This document shows, one piece after another, positions 14,159-27,233 of a stretch of DNA of 64,000 bases. Each line of letters begins with the position of its first letter. The stretch's first letter is position 1. The position numbers and the translations under genes were made by a program. A model generated the notes under the pieces. That model was not told where the DNA came from. It ran no database searches and saw nothing but the letters and a program-made list of their open reading frames with translations. This DNA comes from Balanoglossus misakiensis (lineage: Eukaryota; Animalia; Hemichordata). The stretch is taken from positions 9,465,878 to 9,529,877 of the forward strand of contig CM082581.2 of assembly GCA_040954595.2 (NCBI GenBank). Direction: 5' to 3'.

Positions 14159-16883
14159 TGTACATGTGCATGCATACCACGGGGTGTAAACACAAACACT
14201 GACATACAACACGCCAATTGCAGAGCGCATCAGTGCATCTATCTCTCGAATCATGACCAGTGGCCCGTACGAGTTACGTGACATCATCTATAGTTACATC
14301 ATTGTCATTTTATTAGCTTGATTATGACTATATAATTCACCTGCAGGGTTTTTGTGGAAAGGTCAAACTTCAAGCTTCTTGTAAAGCACGTAATTTAATC
14401 TTCCATTAATCACTTTATCCATGTACATCGTATCAATCTAAGAAAATACGCGTCGGTGATGCTTGAATGATTCACTCGAGTGAAAGTTAATTCCCCGTTG
14501 TTGTACGCACCCGATGATCCCTCCTGCCAAGAGTATACGCAGAAAAACCGCAAGCGACGACTTCTGAGAATCGTTGTGAAAGTGATTACATACAAAGAGT
14601 ATGACGACAGGATCAAATGCAACGTAGTCGGAGTATATCGAATTTCACTGTCGTCTCGATATCTTACAGAAATCGTTTTTCTGTACAGACACAGCTGTCG
14701 AGTTTTGAAAACTTAATACAGAAATTTAATATCCCGTTAAAAGTTGTGCAGAAAGTTGTGGAGAAAACTGTTTTATTTACGAGCTCCATAATATTTCCGA
14801 AAGAAAATTATCCTCTGTCAAGATTTATCTCTTTCGGATAAAGATCCCTATTATTAGAAACCTATAGTAAGCCAAAAATCTTTCAATTAATACAGTTTCC
14901 CCTTCATTGTTCTATAATCCAGGTTTACATATGGAGCGAGCCAGTCATTAAACGTATTTATCTGCGATAATGCCCAAACATATCTTTCCGATTCGTCTGC
15001 CTCGAAATCGTTCTACGCATGTGCACTACCGATGTCTGAATTTGACATTATTGAAGAATTTCCTTTTTAGTTAGATAAAATTTCACATTTTTTACAAAAT
15101 TAATCAATTAGAACAGTGAAATTTAAACTTGTTTTTGGGTGATTCTCAAGATGTAATTTCAATCGTGTTTATAGCACAGTGAGGGTTAGGATCAAAACAA
15201 TACTCAATGAATATGGCATAAAGTCATTCAGTCTGGTTTCCTGATCTTCTGTTACTGCGCTCACTAAAGGGGTCAGATGCGCTATTCTTTGCATGGCTGT
15301 CATTGCCCAAAGCATATCTGTTTCTCGTGTGCGGCTATTCCAAAGTTCAAATAATGAAGAACATACATGTACGCGTCATCACTGTGAAATAAAACATAAA
15401 ACTATTCGGCCATTGGAAATGTACAATGAATTTGCCTTGAGTCTGTTCTCGCCGCCTTGCGTATGACGACATGCGACATCAGTTTCTTCTGAGCAATCAA
15501 AAATGTCGCCGCATATACCGGGCCTTACATGTTGGCACAGCGCAGCCAGCGGCAGAGTTGGGTGAGGGAGCCAAACTATAGAAGCCCTTTCGCCCGTGAG
15601 TCATCGAAAAGATCAATAGACATCCAGTGCTTTGAACAAGATCTCAGGAACATTCGCGTCGTTACCTCATTCTTATATCAGGCTTATGGTATAGAAATAC
15701 GAAACTCGCTGCAGCAATCACAGAATGTACCTGCTGACATGTATCTCAGTTTTCCCGCGCATTTGGAACCGTAAGCGCACAGAAATGTGATTTTGTGATT
15801 TTTTATCGGTGCTTAATTTTGTAGTTACTCACATGCAAAAGAATACATATCATCATATCATAATTTTGATCTCCAAATTCACCAAATGCACCGCGCCTGC
15901 ATGACGTCACGTACGAACAGGCCACAACATTTTCCATAGAACATCCAAATGCACAGACCGGCCTTTTTATTACGCTTCATTTAATCTAATTTTGATGTAC
16001 AAACAGAAACCGAATTGATAATCTCATGGGTAACTTGCTGGCTAAGGAACAAACCAGAGTTATTTTCTTCAATAGATTTGGAATATCCGTTAATAAAGAA
16101 CAGGCTTACGATGTGTTCTTTTTTTCTTGGGCAAGCATGTTCCATGTAGAGATAGCGTTGTATGATTTCGAATACCAATTACGATAAATGGCTAAACCAT
16201 GTATATGATTTGTCAAGATATCATCAGGTCTTAATACATTATCAGAGAATTTTGTACAATGTCTCTAAGATCGACAACATGAAACATAACCGCATTATCA
16301 TTTTTAGCATCAACCCGTGCTTTTCAAAGGAAAAAAATGTAGACACCAACGGCAAAATTGAGATGTAACTCATATTGTGTATGTCACAGAATATTCGCAC
16401 AACCATTTTGTAAATGTCACGAAAGTCTTTACGAAAAGCAAATTTCTATAGCTTCACATGACCTGACAGAAATGAGATGTTCAGATTTTTGGAACAGTAC
16501 TTAAAATCAGTGTTAACTTGGAGAGTTACTGAGACACACGTATACGACGTTAGAATTGGAAATGTCCCAAAAGAAGGAATAAGGTTGAAATCAAATAATC
16601 CATGAGCAAACCAGGTGGGCAACGATGATGGATTTTAGGTACATCATATTATTATTATTATTGCATTTATTGTCCTAAAAGGATAATCATCTTACCGAGT
16701 AAAACCACGTAGAAACACAAATAATCACATAGAGGACAAAAACATATCCATGAAAATATACATATTAACACAACATTTATTCCTATACCTTTGCGACACT
16801 GTTTGAAAAGGCGCGTGTGGATCATGTAAGCAAAGCGCCTTTGCCGCTTGATTGTATAGACGATAGTATTAAACGTGACTTAC

Positions 16884-17277
16884 ACATAGTTTTTCCGAGG
16901 AGCCATGACGTTGGGACGTACGTTTCCAGAAGCGCGACCGGCATACAGACAACGAGCACCAAAAGGTCGGCTAAGCTAAGGTTGACCAGGAAAAAGTTGG
17001 TCGACGCTCGCATGTCAGTGTTTTTGCACACCACGAGGGCAACCAGTCCGTTCCCGGCCACGCCAAAAACGAATATAATGACGTAGGATATGGTAGTCAT
17101 CACCAGTATGTGTACGGATAACTCGAAGGCGGGCACCAGCGGCTGTGTCCCATTGTGAGGCCAGTAATCGTCAGCGCCTGCAACAGACGCATTGCTTGCA
17201 GCAGCAATGGCAGCAGCTCCGAAGTTTTCAAAAGTGGCGTTGTTTGTTCCCTGCAGTAGAAGCGACCCGGTCACCAT
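16884..17277 (-). CDS. ETHR: Gene A, coding exon 1 (N-terminus, TM1, TM2, ECL1) of the ETHR-like GPCR
   Basis: ATG in acacaATGG context. N-glycosylation sequons NAT, NAS, NGT; GVAGNGLV (TM1 GN); DMRASTNFFLVNLSLADLLVLVVCMP (TM2 LAD-like); WLLGKTM, then donor GTAAGT. Length 394 nt = 131 codons + 1. Confidence 0.9.
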
Positions 17278-17336
17278 TGTGTTCAGCGATCGGCGTATCT
17301 ATATCATTCGCTCGTGCGATGCTGTGCAGCCGGCGC

Positions 17337-17352
17337 GCTGAAAGAAAATCTC
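17337..17352 (-). other. Possible 3' splice site in the 5' UTR of gene A (implies an upstream non-coding exon)
   Basis: Minus strand gattttctttcag|cgcgccgg, 60 nt upstream of the ATG. Confidence 0.4.
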
Positions 17353-20300
17353 AGGTATATATTAAAGAGCTGCAGTTCCATTCACTGTACACAGCGGCCC
17401 TTTTCACAGAACTTAATGATGTGAGTGGACAGTGGCGAGACAACAGCCTCTAAGGAGACGGCCACGCCCACTCATATTATCCAACGCAGGCGCAATGTAC
17501 ACATCTCTGCGCATGATACATCTGCGTGGATAACCGTGAAGCGATGTCATGCGAGAGAAGCTTCTTCTTCTGCTGCCGTGGAGACCATTTGCGCTATATA
17601 TTCTCCGATAGCTACTCTTTCAAATGCAGCTGCTCTTGGATTAAAAAGGCAGCGATGTGTCATCATCTGCTAGCGAGTAACCTTTGAGGAAGTCTATACC
17701 GCCCAGTTGATTCTGCCAAATGATACATTTTGTGGCACTGTTAATCTGCTCAATTCAGCAAATCAAAACATGCCCCTGTGTGTTGAATCTCCATCACGTC
17801 CGCCTGTTCGAAACCCAAACGCGGCGTAACACAATACATTGTACGTCTTGCATGTGGGCACGTACACCGGACCGACAAAGATACACCATCTTCCACTTTA
17901 ATGTATTCTTACAAACACAGCGATCACGTCCATGACATTTTGATCAGATAGAGTGTCCAAGAAACGGCCCGGGGCACTTTCTTCGCTGTACGGCGCATCG
18001 GTTGACCATTTATCGAAAACGCGGATTTCAAGGCAATTCCCTTAATCACAGATCTCCCGATGTGCCAAAATTAGACACTGACACTTTTGCAAGGTCGTGT
18101 CGGTATAGGACATTGTAGAGGCAATCGCTGGTGAAATAACAAATGCGCGCGTGGATTCTCAATGATTTATAAAGCAGTCGCGGTATGGGGGAAAAAGCTC
18201 CCACCGATCTCTTCTCTTCATGCGGCGTCCTTCATTTACTCTAAAAAACTAGGTGCCACATTCAGTCATTGTTCACACCATGCAATAAATGAAGGTATTA
18301 AACCAGTGTTTCCTCACTGTGACGTCTGCCATCCCTTTTCTAAATGATCAAGATGAAGCAATTGTGATAGCTGATACTAGAATCTGCAACTCAAAACCCG
18401 ACGAAGACGAAAATCAAACGAACATATAAAGTGACACCATTTTTTCTCTTTTTGCCAGAGGTACATATCGCCTCTTCGCGGAAATGAAAATTGTTCTGCG
18501 TAAACGTTGGTGTTGCCTGCACTGTTCTGTTTTGTACTATGTTGTGTTTGTCTTTTCAACAGGCCATGAATGTTCGACCTGGTTGTCAGGCAGAATGCCT
18601 GTTTTATATTACGTAGTCGAATAAACACTCCGCACTGACAATGTAACGTTAAATAATATTTTTTACTCATGATGGAATAAAAAAATGTAGATAAAAAATT
18701 AAAATGGTGTACATGTAGGTCGATATCCCTAGCGACACCTTTGCGCATGCACTTGATATGCCTGGTTCCGGAGTTGGACCCTTCTTGAACAACACCATGA
18801 AAACCATCTTACCGGTCCCACAATGCATTGCCTGTTACCCATAGGTGACCTTGCAGACGATACCCCTTGCTATCATTTTCAGTGTGGATTGATACAATAT
18901 TTATTGCGTAGCTGGTGTGAAGGAGCACTTCTCACAAAAAATTAGTACGGCTCGGAAAATCAAAGGGGGGGGAGGTTGCAGGGTGGAATTTCCTGCTTTT
19001 TTTCTATAACAGATGCAATTTTCGAAAACTTAACATACTGGAACATGGACTTACAATTGTATCCGAAATATCGTCCCATCTGTTATACCCACGAAGGGGC
19101 AAAATACTTATTTTTTTCGGTCTTGACAACACATTCACGAAAAGACCCATCTGGGTATCTTTGAGATTAGTACAGGCTTTCCGTTTCCCGACGTTGGCAT
19201 TTGAAATGGTTTTAAACCATAGGTTCTGTTTGGAGCTGATAGGTACTTTTTTACTGTAATTAAGATGGTGATTATAATTACTCCAATCTGCTAAATCTCA
19301 TAAAACCCCTCGTGGTGATTTCCATGCAGAAAATGCATGGCCCACGGCATATTCGCCGAAGAAGGATTTTAGAACTTTCACATTTCACAAACATCTGCTC
19401 TGCACAGAACAACACATTACGTAAAGACTTTTGCAATTAAGAATTTCCGTCGGTATTTCAAGTACTCGCTATACAAACTGATGTCGGAGTGTATCTGTCA
19501 CCGACAAGGCACAGAAGAGAATGCACGTATATAACCTATGACCGTTCTGCAGATCGCCATAACAGTCGCCGGATAACTAAGATCAGAGTGACGTACGGTA
19601 CGCGGTTCAGTTCAACGTGCCGGGTCAAATTTAATGCAAACTGCAGCATGTTGTAGAAGGGGACTGTTGTCTTTCCATGCGTTTTCCTTGAAACGACTGT
19701 AGTTTTTTTTTAAGTATCAAAGATATCAATGAGGCTAACACTGCTGACTAAGATGATAAAGCCAAGCGACTAATTGTCACGACATGTATATATATAGCAT
19801 ATGATTGGATTGATTCGTTGCGAGAGTGCCCGGAGGAATGCATGTGACGTGGAAAGACACATTGCAAATCCGTTGTAAAGTGTGACTTGGCATTGAACCG
19901 GTGGACTTTATTCGTTTTCAATGCATGTATAAACGAGAGCACGGAGTAGTGATTTTAAATGGGCTGTTTTTGTTACTCCTCCCACAAGGAATAAACGTGA
20001 AAGATATAGGCCTATGTAAGTTTTTTGTGTGCTTCCTCGGTTTCAACCATAACAACGAATATAAAATAAAACCGTTGAATACAATATAGTTATAGTAGTG
20101 CGACTGAATTCCGTCGTTTTACACATTAACAGTTCTTTTGTCTGTCTCGGTGTCGCTTTGGCACTACGCAGTCAACAGCTGTGACTATCGGTTTCACCTT
20201 TAGGGCAAGATCGAAGCTGATAAGGTCATCAATAACGAGGTAAACACCGGCAAATGTCAAAAAACGTCTGCATAAAGCTACTTTTGAAACACCGAAACGG

Positions 20301-22994
20301 TTTCGGTTTGGAGTCATGATGGGGTTATTCCGGATATACTTTGAAATCACTGCGGTGATAAAAGCTGTAGTCTGTATTTCAAGCGATAGTGATAATTGGC
20401 CAATCTATGAGCCGGAAGCGACGATTACGTACGTTTATAATAGCAAGGTAGATTACCCCCGCGTCTTAATAGAGAGAACATTATTTTGTGTAATTGATGG
20501 CAGTATCTAACGCACCTTTCTTAGTTGGAAGGTTAAGCCCCAGAGAGCACAAGCTGACTTTCCAAGTCTTTGCGCTCTTTTCCTAAGAATTTATACGATA
20601 GTCATAAACTTACTGTATGTGATAGAATATGTATATCTCCATTGCAGTGTTACTAACACTCACACTTGTGTGACGCCCCTCAAAACTTGTGCCCCCCCCC
20701 CCCAACTGAATTATATACGACCATACCTTGCAAAAATCCCAAAGCATCTAACCATGCCGGTTTTTTCCTGTCTAGAGATTATAACATCATGGGGTAAATC
20801 ATTTAATTCGTAGTACATAATTCATGCATTCATAGTTACTTTCTTCCAATGCTGTTTACTGTATTCTATTTGCGCTGTGTCTGACTGAGTAAACACAATG
20901 AATATTGCAAAATCTTCCTCTCATTCCCATGAATTTTTTAGCATCTCTACGACTCAAAAGTTAAATCTTATTCCTGTTTGTTTTGTATTAATCAGAATGA
21001 TATTTACACTCGGCGTTAAGGATATAAGCTTCAAACTCTGCTGTAAAGCGGAGAGACGGGTTCGCTGTCTTCTTGTCAAAATTGACATGACCATGTTTCC
21101 ACGATATCATAACTATTGTGTGAGGTGTTTAAGGTATGCAGGTGTATAGCTCATTTTCTGACATGCGTTCTTCTTGTTTATGATTATATATGATTAACGT
21201 GTTGCGATCTTTTGAGATTAATCCTATGAATTCATGATGCACTTTTGGTATTCCGATTCCCCGTAATCTTCCCCAATCTTTGACTCGGAAATCTCGCAAG
21301 CTAATCCAAGCTTTGGTCACGTGATATCAGTGTGACAGCAATGTGGCAAAGCAGTGCAGTCGGCATGTATTGTACTGGGCAGAAAAAAAAAACAATCCGT
21401 CAAATGAAAATAGCACGTTAGGAGAGATTGAAATTATTTCAATCATTAAGGGACTGTTTTTTACAGACTTTCAAACGATGGCAAGGGATAGAGCGGTAAA
21501 GTAAATGTTGTCATCAGCCTTCTGGACTACACGAATCATGCGAGAAACACGTATAATAGAAGCGACATAACACGGCACACTATCAGTGCAAATTCGTCTA
21601 CATACAGAGGAAACAGAAAAAATACACGAGCACACGTATGTGTTGAAAGGGTATCTGGATAACGTGTGCATTGACGACAACAACATTAAATTTTCAACGG
21701 ACTGAAATGCAAATAGAAGCATATAGAATTACATGTACTAAGCCACGCGTCAATCCTGACAGCAATAGCCAGGAGCCAGTCTTCTCGTCACATAAAATTG
21801 TAGTTGCATTCAATACCTAGCTAGACAGCAATGTTGAAGAAAAGAGAAGTGGACAGGAGCTTCTTAATTCTTACTAAAAGCTCGCGACGAATCTTCTTAT
21901 ATTCTGAACATGGTTGAGAACATTATCACAGGGTAAACAAAATCATGCGGTACAAAGAGAAGTCGATGATCCGCATACTCAATCGTTGAAATCACAGTTC
22001 CCCAATACACACCAATCCCTCCTTGCAAATATTCCCGCTGCGTACATTGCAGGTAAATAAATCCAGTTTGGACGGTTATGTGATTGCCCTGAAAAGTGCA
22101 CCAAGTAGTAAAGTAAAAATGCACCTTTTTCCCCGCGCGATATTTTGTTTTATCAAAGCACAGGGCCCGTACCGGACCAGTCAGGGTCCACGCCCATATA
22201 ATGCATGGGTACACAAATAGTTGAGGTCATTTTGTGTAATTACCGTTATTGGATTTAATTATCTTTATTCATCCGAAAACATATGGCAAAATCAAACGCT
22301 AAATAAAAACTAGAGTTTGACTCAAGGAGAACCCACTATTGATAGAACCATGATGAAAATCACGACTTTAAGTTCGAGAACCAGTCGTTAAAAAATACGT
22401 CTTAAAGGTCGCCTCTCTTCAAATTAGTAGAAATATTGAAATGAAGCAATTTTAGATATTTCATGCGATAGATTCGTGAGATGTTGCTGTTTCCAGTATG
22501 TAATGTCAAACTCTTGTTACCACCCGCGCACGTCAAAGGGGTTAGGATTACAGATATCGGGGAACGAGAGAGACTTCTTTGTGAAAACGTACCCGAAAGA
22601 AAGTGTAAGGAATCAAAGGGTCCGTTCACATAGGTCATTTCAACAAACGCCTTGAAAATATTGTATATTTAGCACGAGTGACGCACTCAGTGCGCTGCGG
22701 ATGTGAAAGGGTGACAACGCAAGTGGGAACCTTGGTGCAATGTCGACAAAATACCAAGGATGGCGTCACCATGAACACGTGGAATTCGAATGCGCCGGGT
22801 TTCGAGTAGTGTTCCAGACGCCACGGTGTCGTGACACGACATATTTTAAAAAAAAGGTGCCCCAAAACCCTTTCTGTAACTTCGACAGCTTAGTTTTTGA
22901 GGTGTGCATGTCGACGTGGTCGTACGTAGGGTAGGGATTAGCCTAGATGATGCGGCTCAGAACGGAACCAGCGAAGTATAGAATCAAACAAAAC

Positions 22995-23026
22995 GACAGA
23001 CAGACAGACAGACATACAGACAGACA
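22995..23026. repeat. (GACA)n microsatellite
   Basis: gacagacagacagacagacatacagacagaca. Confidence 0.85.
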
Positions 23027-25127
23027 CGGGCTTCCGTAGCTCACCTCTTCACATATTGCTACCGATGTACAGCATTCATGAGTTCAATCGATTTCTGATA
23101 ACTCCGTCCTTCAAGCACTATCTATATCCAAAATAATGTTCTATAATAATGCCACTTTCTACACACAGTTAGCATACAACATCATGAAGCATCATTTAAA
23201 AAATATTGTTAATTTGCATTTTCAATAATGTATTCAAACACGGTAGGAAATTAAGTTAATATCTGATTATATATTCATACATGTGACAGATTAAATGTAC
23301 TCACCTGTAAGTGTGGCTATCTACTCCTCCTGGCGTATTTTGGCTTCCTTGAGATTTATGCTATACTATTTAATTTATCAGTGAATCCCGCAAAATAGAT
23401 AGCAATTTTTGATTCTGTGTGCGTGATTTGACCTAGATGTAATCATAAACCAGGAAAAGAAACCTCTAAAGCGTTCTAATACCAATTTCATTTCGGTTCA
23501 TTGTCATCGGCGAAATTGCATTGCCCCAGAGTAGTGTCTCTTGTTCCCGGATTCACTGTCAGGGGGAAACGAAAAGCACGTGTATCTGTTTGTATCTGTT
23601 AGTGTCATTTGTCTTCTTGTTGCTGCATTTGGAAATGGCGGGAGACTTCATTCTCTGTCGTCAGCCGGACGTCATTTTGATAAAACTGGTACCTTCGCCC
23701 ACCATCACGCACAAGTATACCTTAGAGAATATGAGCACCGAGTTCGGGGACAAAAATTCCCCATGTGCTCGTGAATGTCAACAATCGGAAGTCAACAATT
23801 CCTACGCCTTCAGTTTGAACTGAGTGACGTACATGAAGGTCCTGTTGGTAATTACAAACAAAACTGCAATTCCACATCAACATACCCACTGTATCGGGTT
23901 GAAAGCAACAACACTGTTTCGTGCGTCTGATAACATAAAAACACCAAAGTGGTTTATTTGATTGTAAATGGGTTTCGAACTTTAGTGACGGCTACACAAG
24001 TTGAGGGTGAGTGACGGAGTATCTAGTCATGCGCGACATACTATTTTAATGTAAAGACCAACAAACTCGTCAAAATCCAGAACACATAAATCACGTATTA
24101 TAATATACTGATCTGGCCCTGTTTTGACCGAAATTTGATTCCACATCCTGGAAAAAAATAATGCATATTATACTTTAATAGGCGTGCAACGACCATGCGC
24201 ATATAACATGTAATCGCAAACACAAATGATGTTATAGATGCCCTTAGCTTGAAATAATTTTCTGCAAAACGTTTTATCTACATATTCATTTTAATGATTT
24301 GGAGGTAAAGACGTGCGTGGGCCGCTGTGGGTAGCTCCATACATGAGAGGAAGAGAACATTTTAACGTTAAGACTTACTACTTCAGGATTTTGATTGCGC
24401 TCTTAACTCTGGTGCGTCAGTTACAGGCGAGGAGCGTCAGCCGGCCTACGTAAATTCCTGTCATAAATTGAGCTTTTTTGTTGTTTGTCTAACATTATGC
24501 CCATCCAAGTCATGTACCTGCAGTTTTCGCTGGCGCCGACCGAAACAGCTGTGAGCCGCGAGCAGCTCGGGAGTCTCCACTCTTCAGAAAACCGATGCTC
24601 ATATGACAACCGGGAAAATAGGGTATACATAACTTTGATCCTGCGGAAAATAAGTAGTTACCATTTTCTGTCAAAAATGTTCAGAAATAATATCAGTCAC
24701 ATATGGCAACCGATATCAAAATAAACAGATTCATTGAATGGCCCATGATGTTTCCATGCATGTCGCTGTTCTTATTGGAGATAGCACAACTTTGCTAAGA
24801 GCATCGATAAACACGGTGGTATATTCTGTGCCCGATGACAAATTCAAAGTGTTCACGATTGTCAAGTCCGGCATATCAACAAGTGGTAATTGCAAAGTCC
24901 TTCGAATTCCGTACATTTTTCCCGCCCGCTGGCCTTTGCCAATTACAGCAACTTCACCACTTATACGGTATATTTGACGTCACCGTGAAAAGGAAGCGTG
25001 TTTGCCCATGAGTGTTTCCCTAAACAAGCGTTTTAATATCATGAAACTCGTTATAAGGACTATATTTCACTATTAATACATTCAGTAGTGATCGTTGCTT
25101 GATGGATCGACATCCTGGGGGTATTCC

Positions 25128-25230
<103 letters not shown>

Positions 25231-27152
25231 CGTGTTGTTTTCCATCTCTCCAGTGTGCATAGCTGTTTTGTATGCGCCACAACGTCACGCGTAGATCTTT
25301 CTGTATCCATTGTTAAATCGACACTCGCAAATACCCAGTGCAGTGTCGACGGACTCACGTGACAAAATTCACCAATTTTAAAGGTTAGGCTATAGTATTT
25401 CACTTCCTTTCAGATCATCACGCACAGTAACACATGAAACCACCCTGTAACAATACGGAAGGCTGTATTTTACGTTGTGTGGATAGGATAACAATCGTCA
25501 CCCTTAAGCTATTCTTAACATTTCCTGCGTATGCTGTCTGAACTGACCACATAGCGAAGTTGAAAATATCAAGCTAATATTTTCCACGACTCATCAACAA
25601 GAACGTTAACTGTTTATTCCACATACTTGAAAAATGTACCGGTCAACATAATGGATTTGCAACTGTCTTATATTATGTTTAAGGCAAGTTATGGAATAAA
25701 GTACAAATTTAGTCTACATCGCATATCCTCAAGTATATTTTATTCAAAATAAAACATTAATCGAAACGGCCAAGGCCAACATCATCATGGAATTATGTAG
25801 TACATGTATTTGACATCAAATCATATTCGCGTTCACCAATCAAGCAAAGCTGGTGTCCGGAATTACCATACACATACAGTTTCAGGATACAGTGTAGAGG
25901 TTTATTCTTTTACTATGAAACTCCCTGCCTGCCTGCCTTTTTTTGTAGATCCCCGAATCAGCAAAAAATAATGTGTTCCTGTCAGTGTGCAACTGCAGTA
26001 AGCACCTTAATTTCATACTTTACCGAATTCCATGAAGCCTATGAAAGCCAATGCAATATTCCATCCAATCGAAATGGCAATAAACATGTCAATGCACTCT
26101 GAAGCGGATAAAAAATCTGGGATTTGATAGATCCGTTATTGCCTTCCAAGAGAGCGAAATGTAAAGGCCGATGTGTTTTTGTTTTTCTCTGAGGTCAAGC
26201 ACAGTTCCCGGAGGGCATTGTGGGCACAATAACGTCCGCCATATTTCTTTCACAGATATACGTATACGCGGCCAACTTAATCTTACGTAACACCGTCCCT
26301 CGCAAAATACCGGGAAATTTCTTTTCATATAGACGAGAGTCACGTTTGGTACAAATGACACAACAATTTTGATCACGCTCTTGACTCGTGAGGTTTTCGT
26401 TATTAATAGTGATAATGGTAAACACCGTTAATTAAACTAAGCAATGACGACTAAGGCGGAAAACAGTCAGCCTTAAACCGGTGTACATTTGTATATAACT
26501 TCACCAAGCTAGCCCTCGTGGTTGATGTATCAAAACAAAAAAAAGAATCACAATCCAATTATCGACAATCAGGATTCCCTTCTCGGAGGCAAGAAGCTTT
26601 TAAATTCAAGTGGTCGGCATCGCTGTTGTTCATCGACACAATTGCATCAAACTACACCAGGAGAGAGACCATCTTCCCAATCTCAGCCCAATTACCATTT
26701 TTCTCATGGCGAAGTAAATTATCCGTTAATGCTGGAATTAAGGGAGTCGTTTTCATGGTGGGGCCAACCACTTCAATCAATTGCATAGGCGGGGGCCGTT
26801 TTCCAACAGATTTTACAAATGGGCCGGCAGTGAAGCATGAACACTTTGGTAGTACTTTTTCAAATGCTAGTTTCAAAGGAAAGCATTATATGGATAACTT
26901 CTGGTTACATATTTTCAGAAGGGCAAGACACTTGAAGTTTGATGTGGTTCGTTAACTGGCATACATACCGGACACAAACACCACGCCCCGTTAGTCATCG
27001 GCCAAATAAACAGGGTCTCTGCACCTCTTTAGCAAATGCCAGTTTTTACATATTTAAGTTTCATTGTGTTGTCTTGGAGTAACAATGCTTTGCTATGGGG
27101 AACACTGCTCAACTGAGGGATCGCGTGGCAGCGACTCAACTTATTCCGCCTC

Positions 27153-27233
27153 CACACCACACGACACGACACGACACGACACGACACCACACCACACCAC
27201 ACCACACCACACCACACCACACCACACCACACC
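27153..27233. repeat. (CACGA)n(CACAC)n pentanucleotide microsatellite
   Basis: cacaccacacgacacgacacgacacgacacgacaccacaccacaccacac... Confidence 0.9.

Larger units (their letters stand above)
4456..16883 (-). other. Gene A intron, GT-AG, phase 1, 12,428 bp
   Basis: Donor ATGT|GTAAGT at 16884/16883 and acceptor TTGCAG|GC at 4456/4455. Joining restores TGC (Cys3.25) and the LGKTMCKMVPF motif in frame. Confidence 0.88.
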
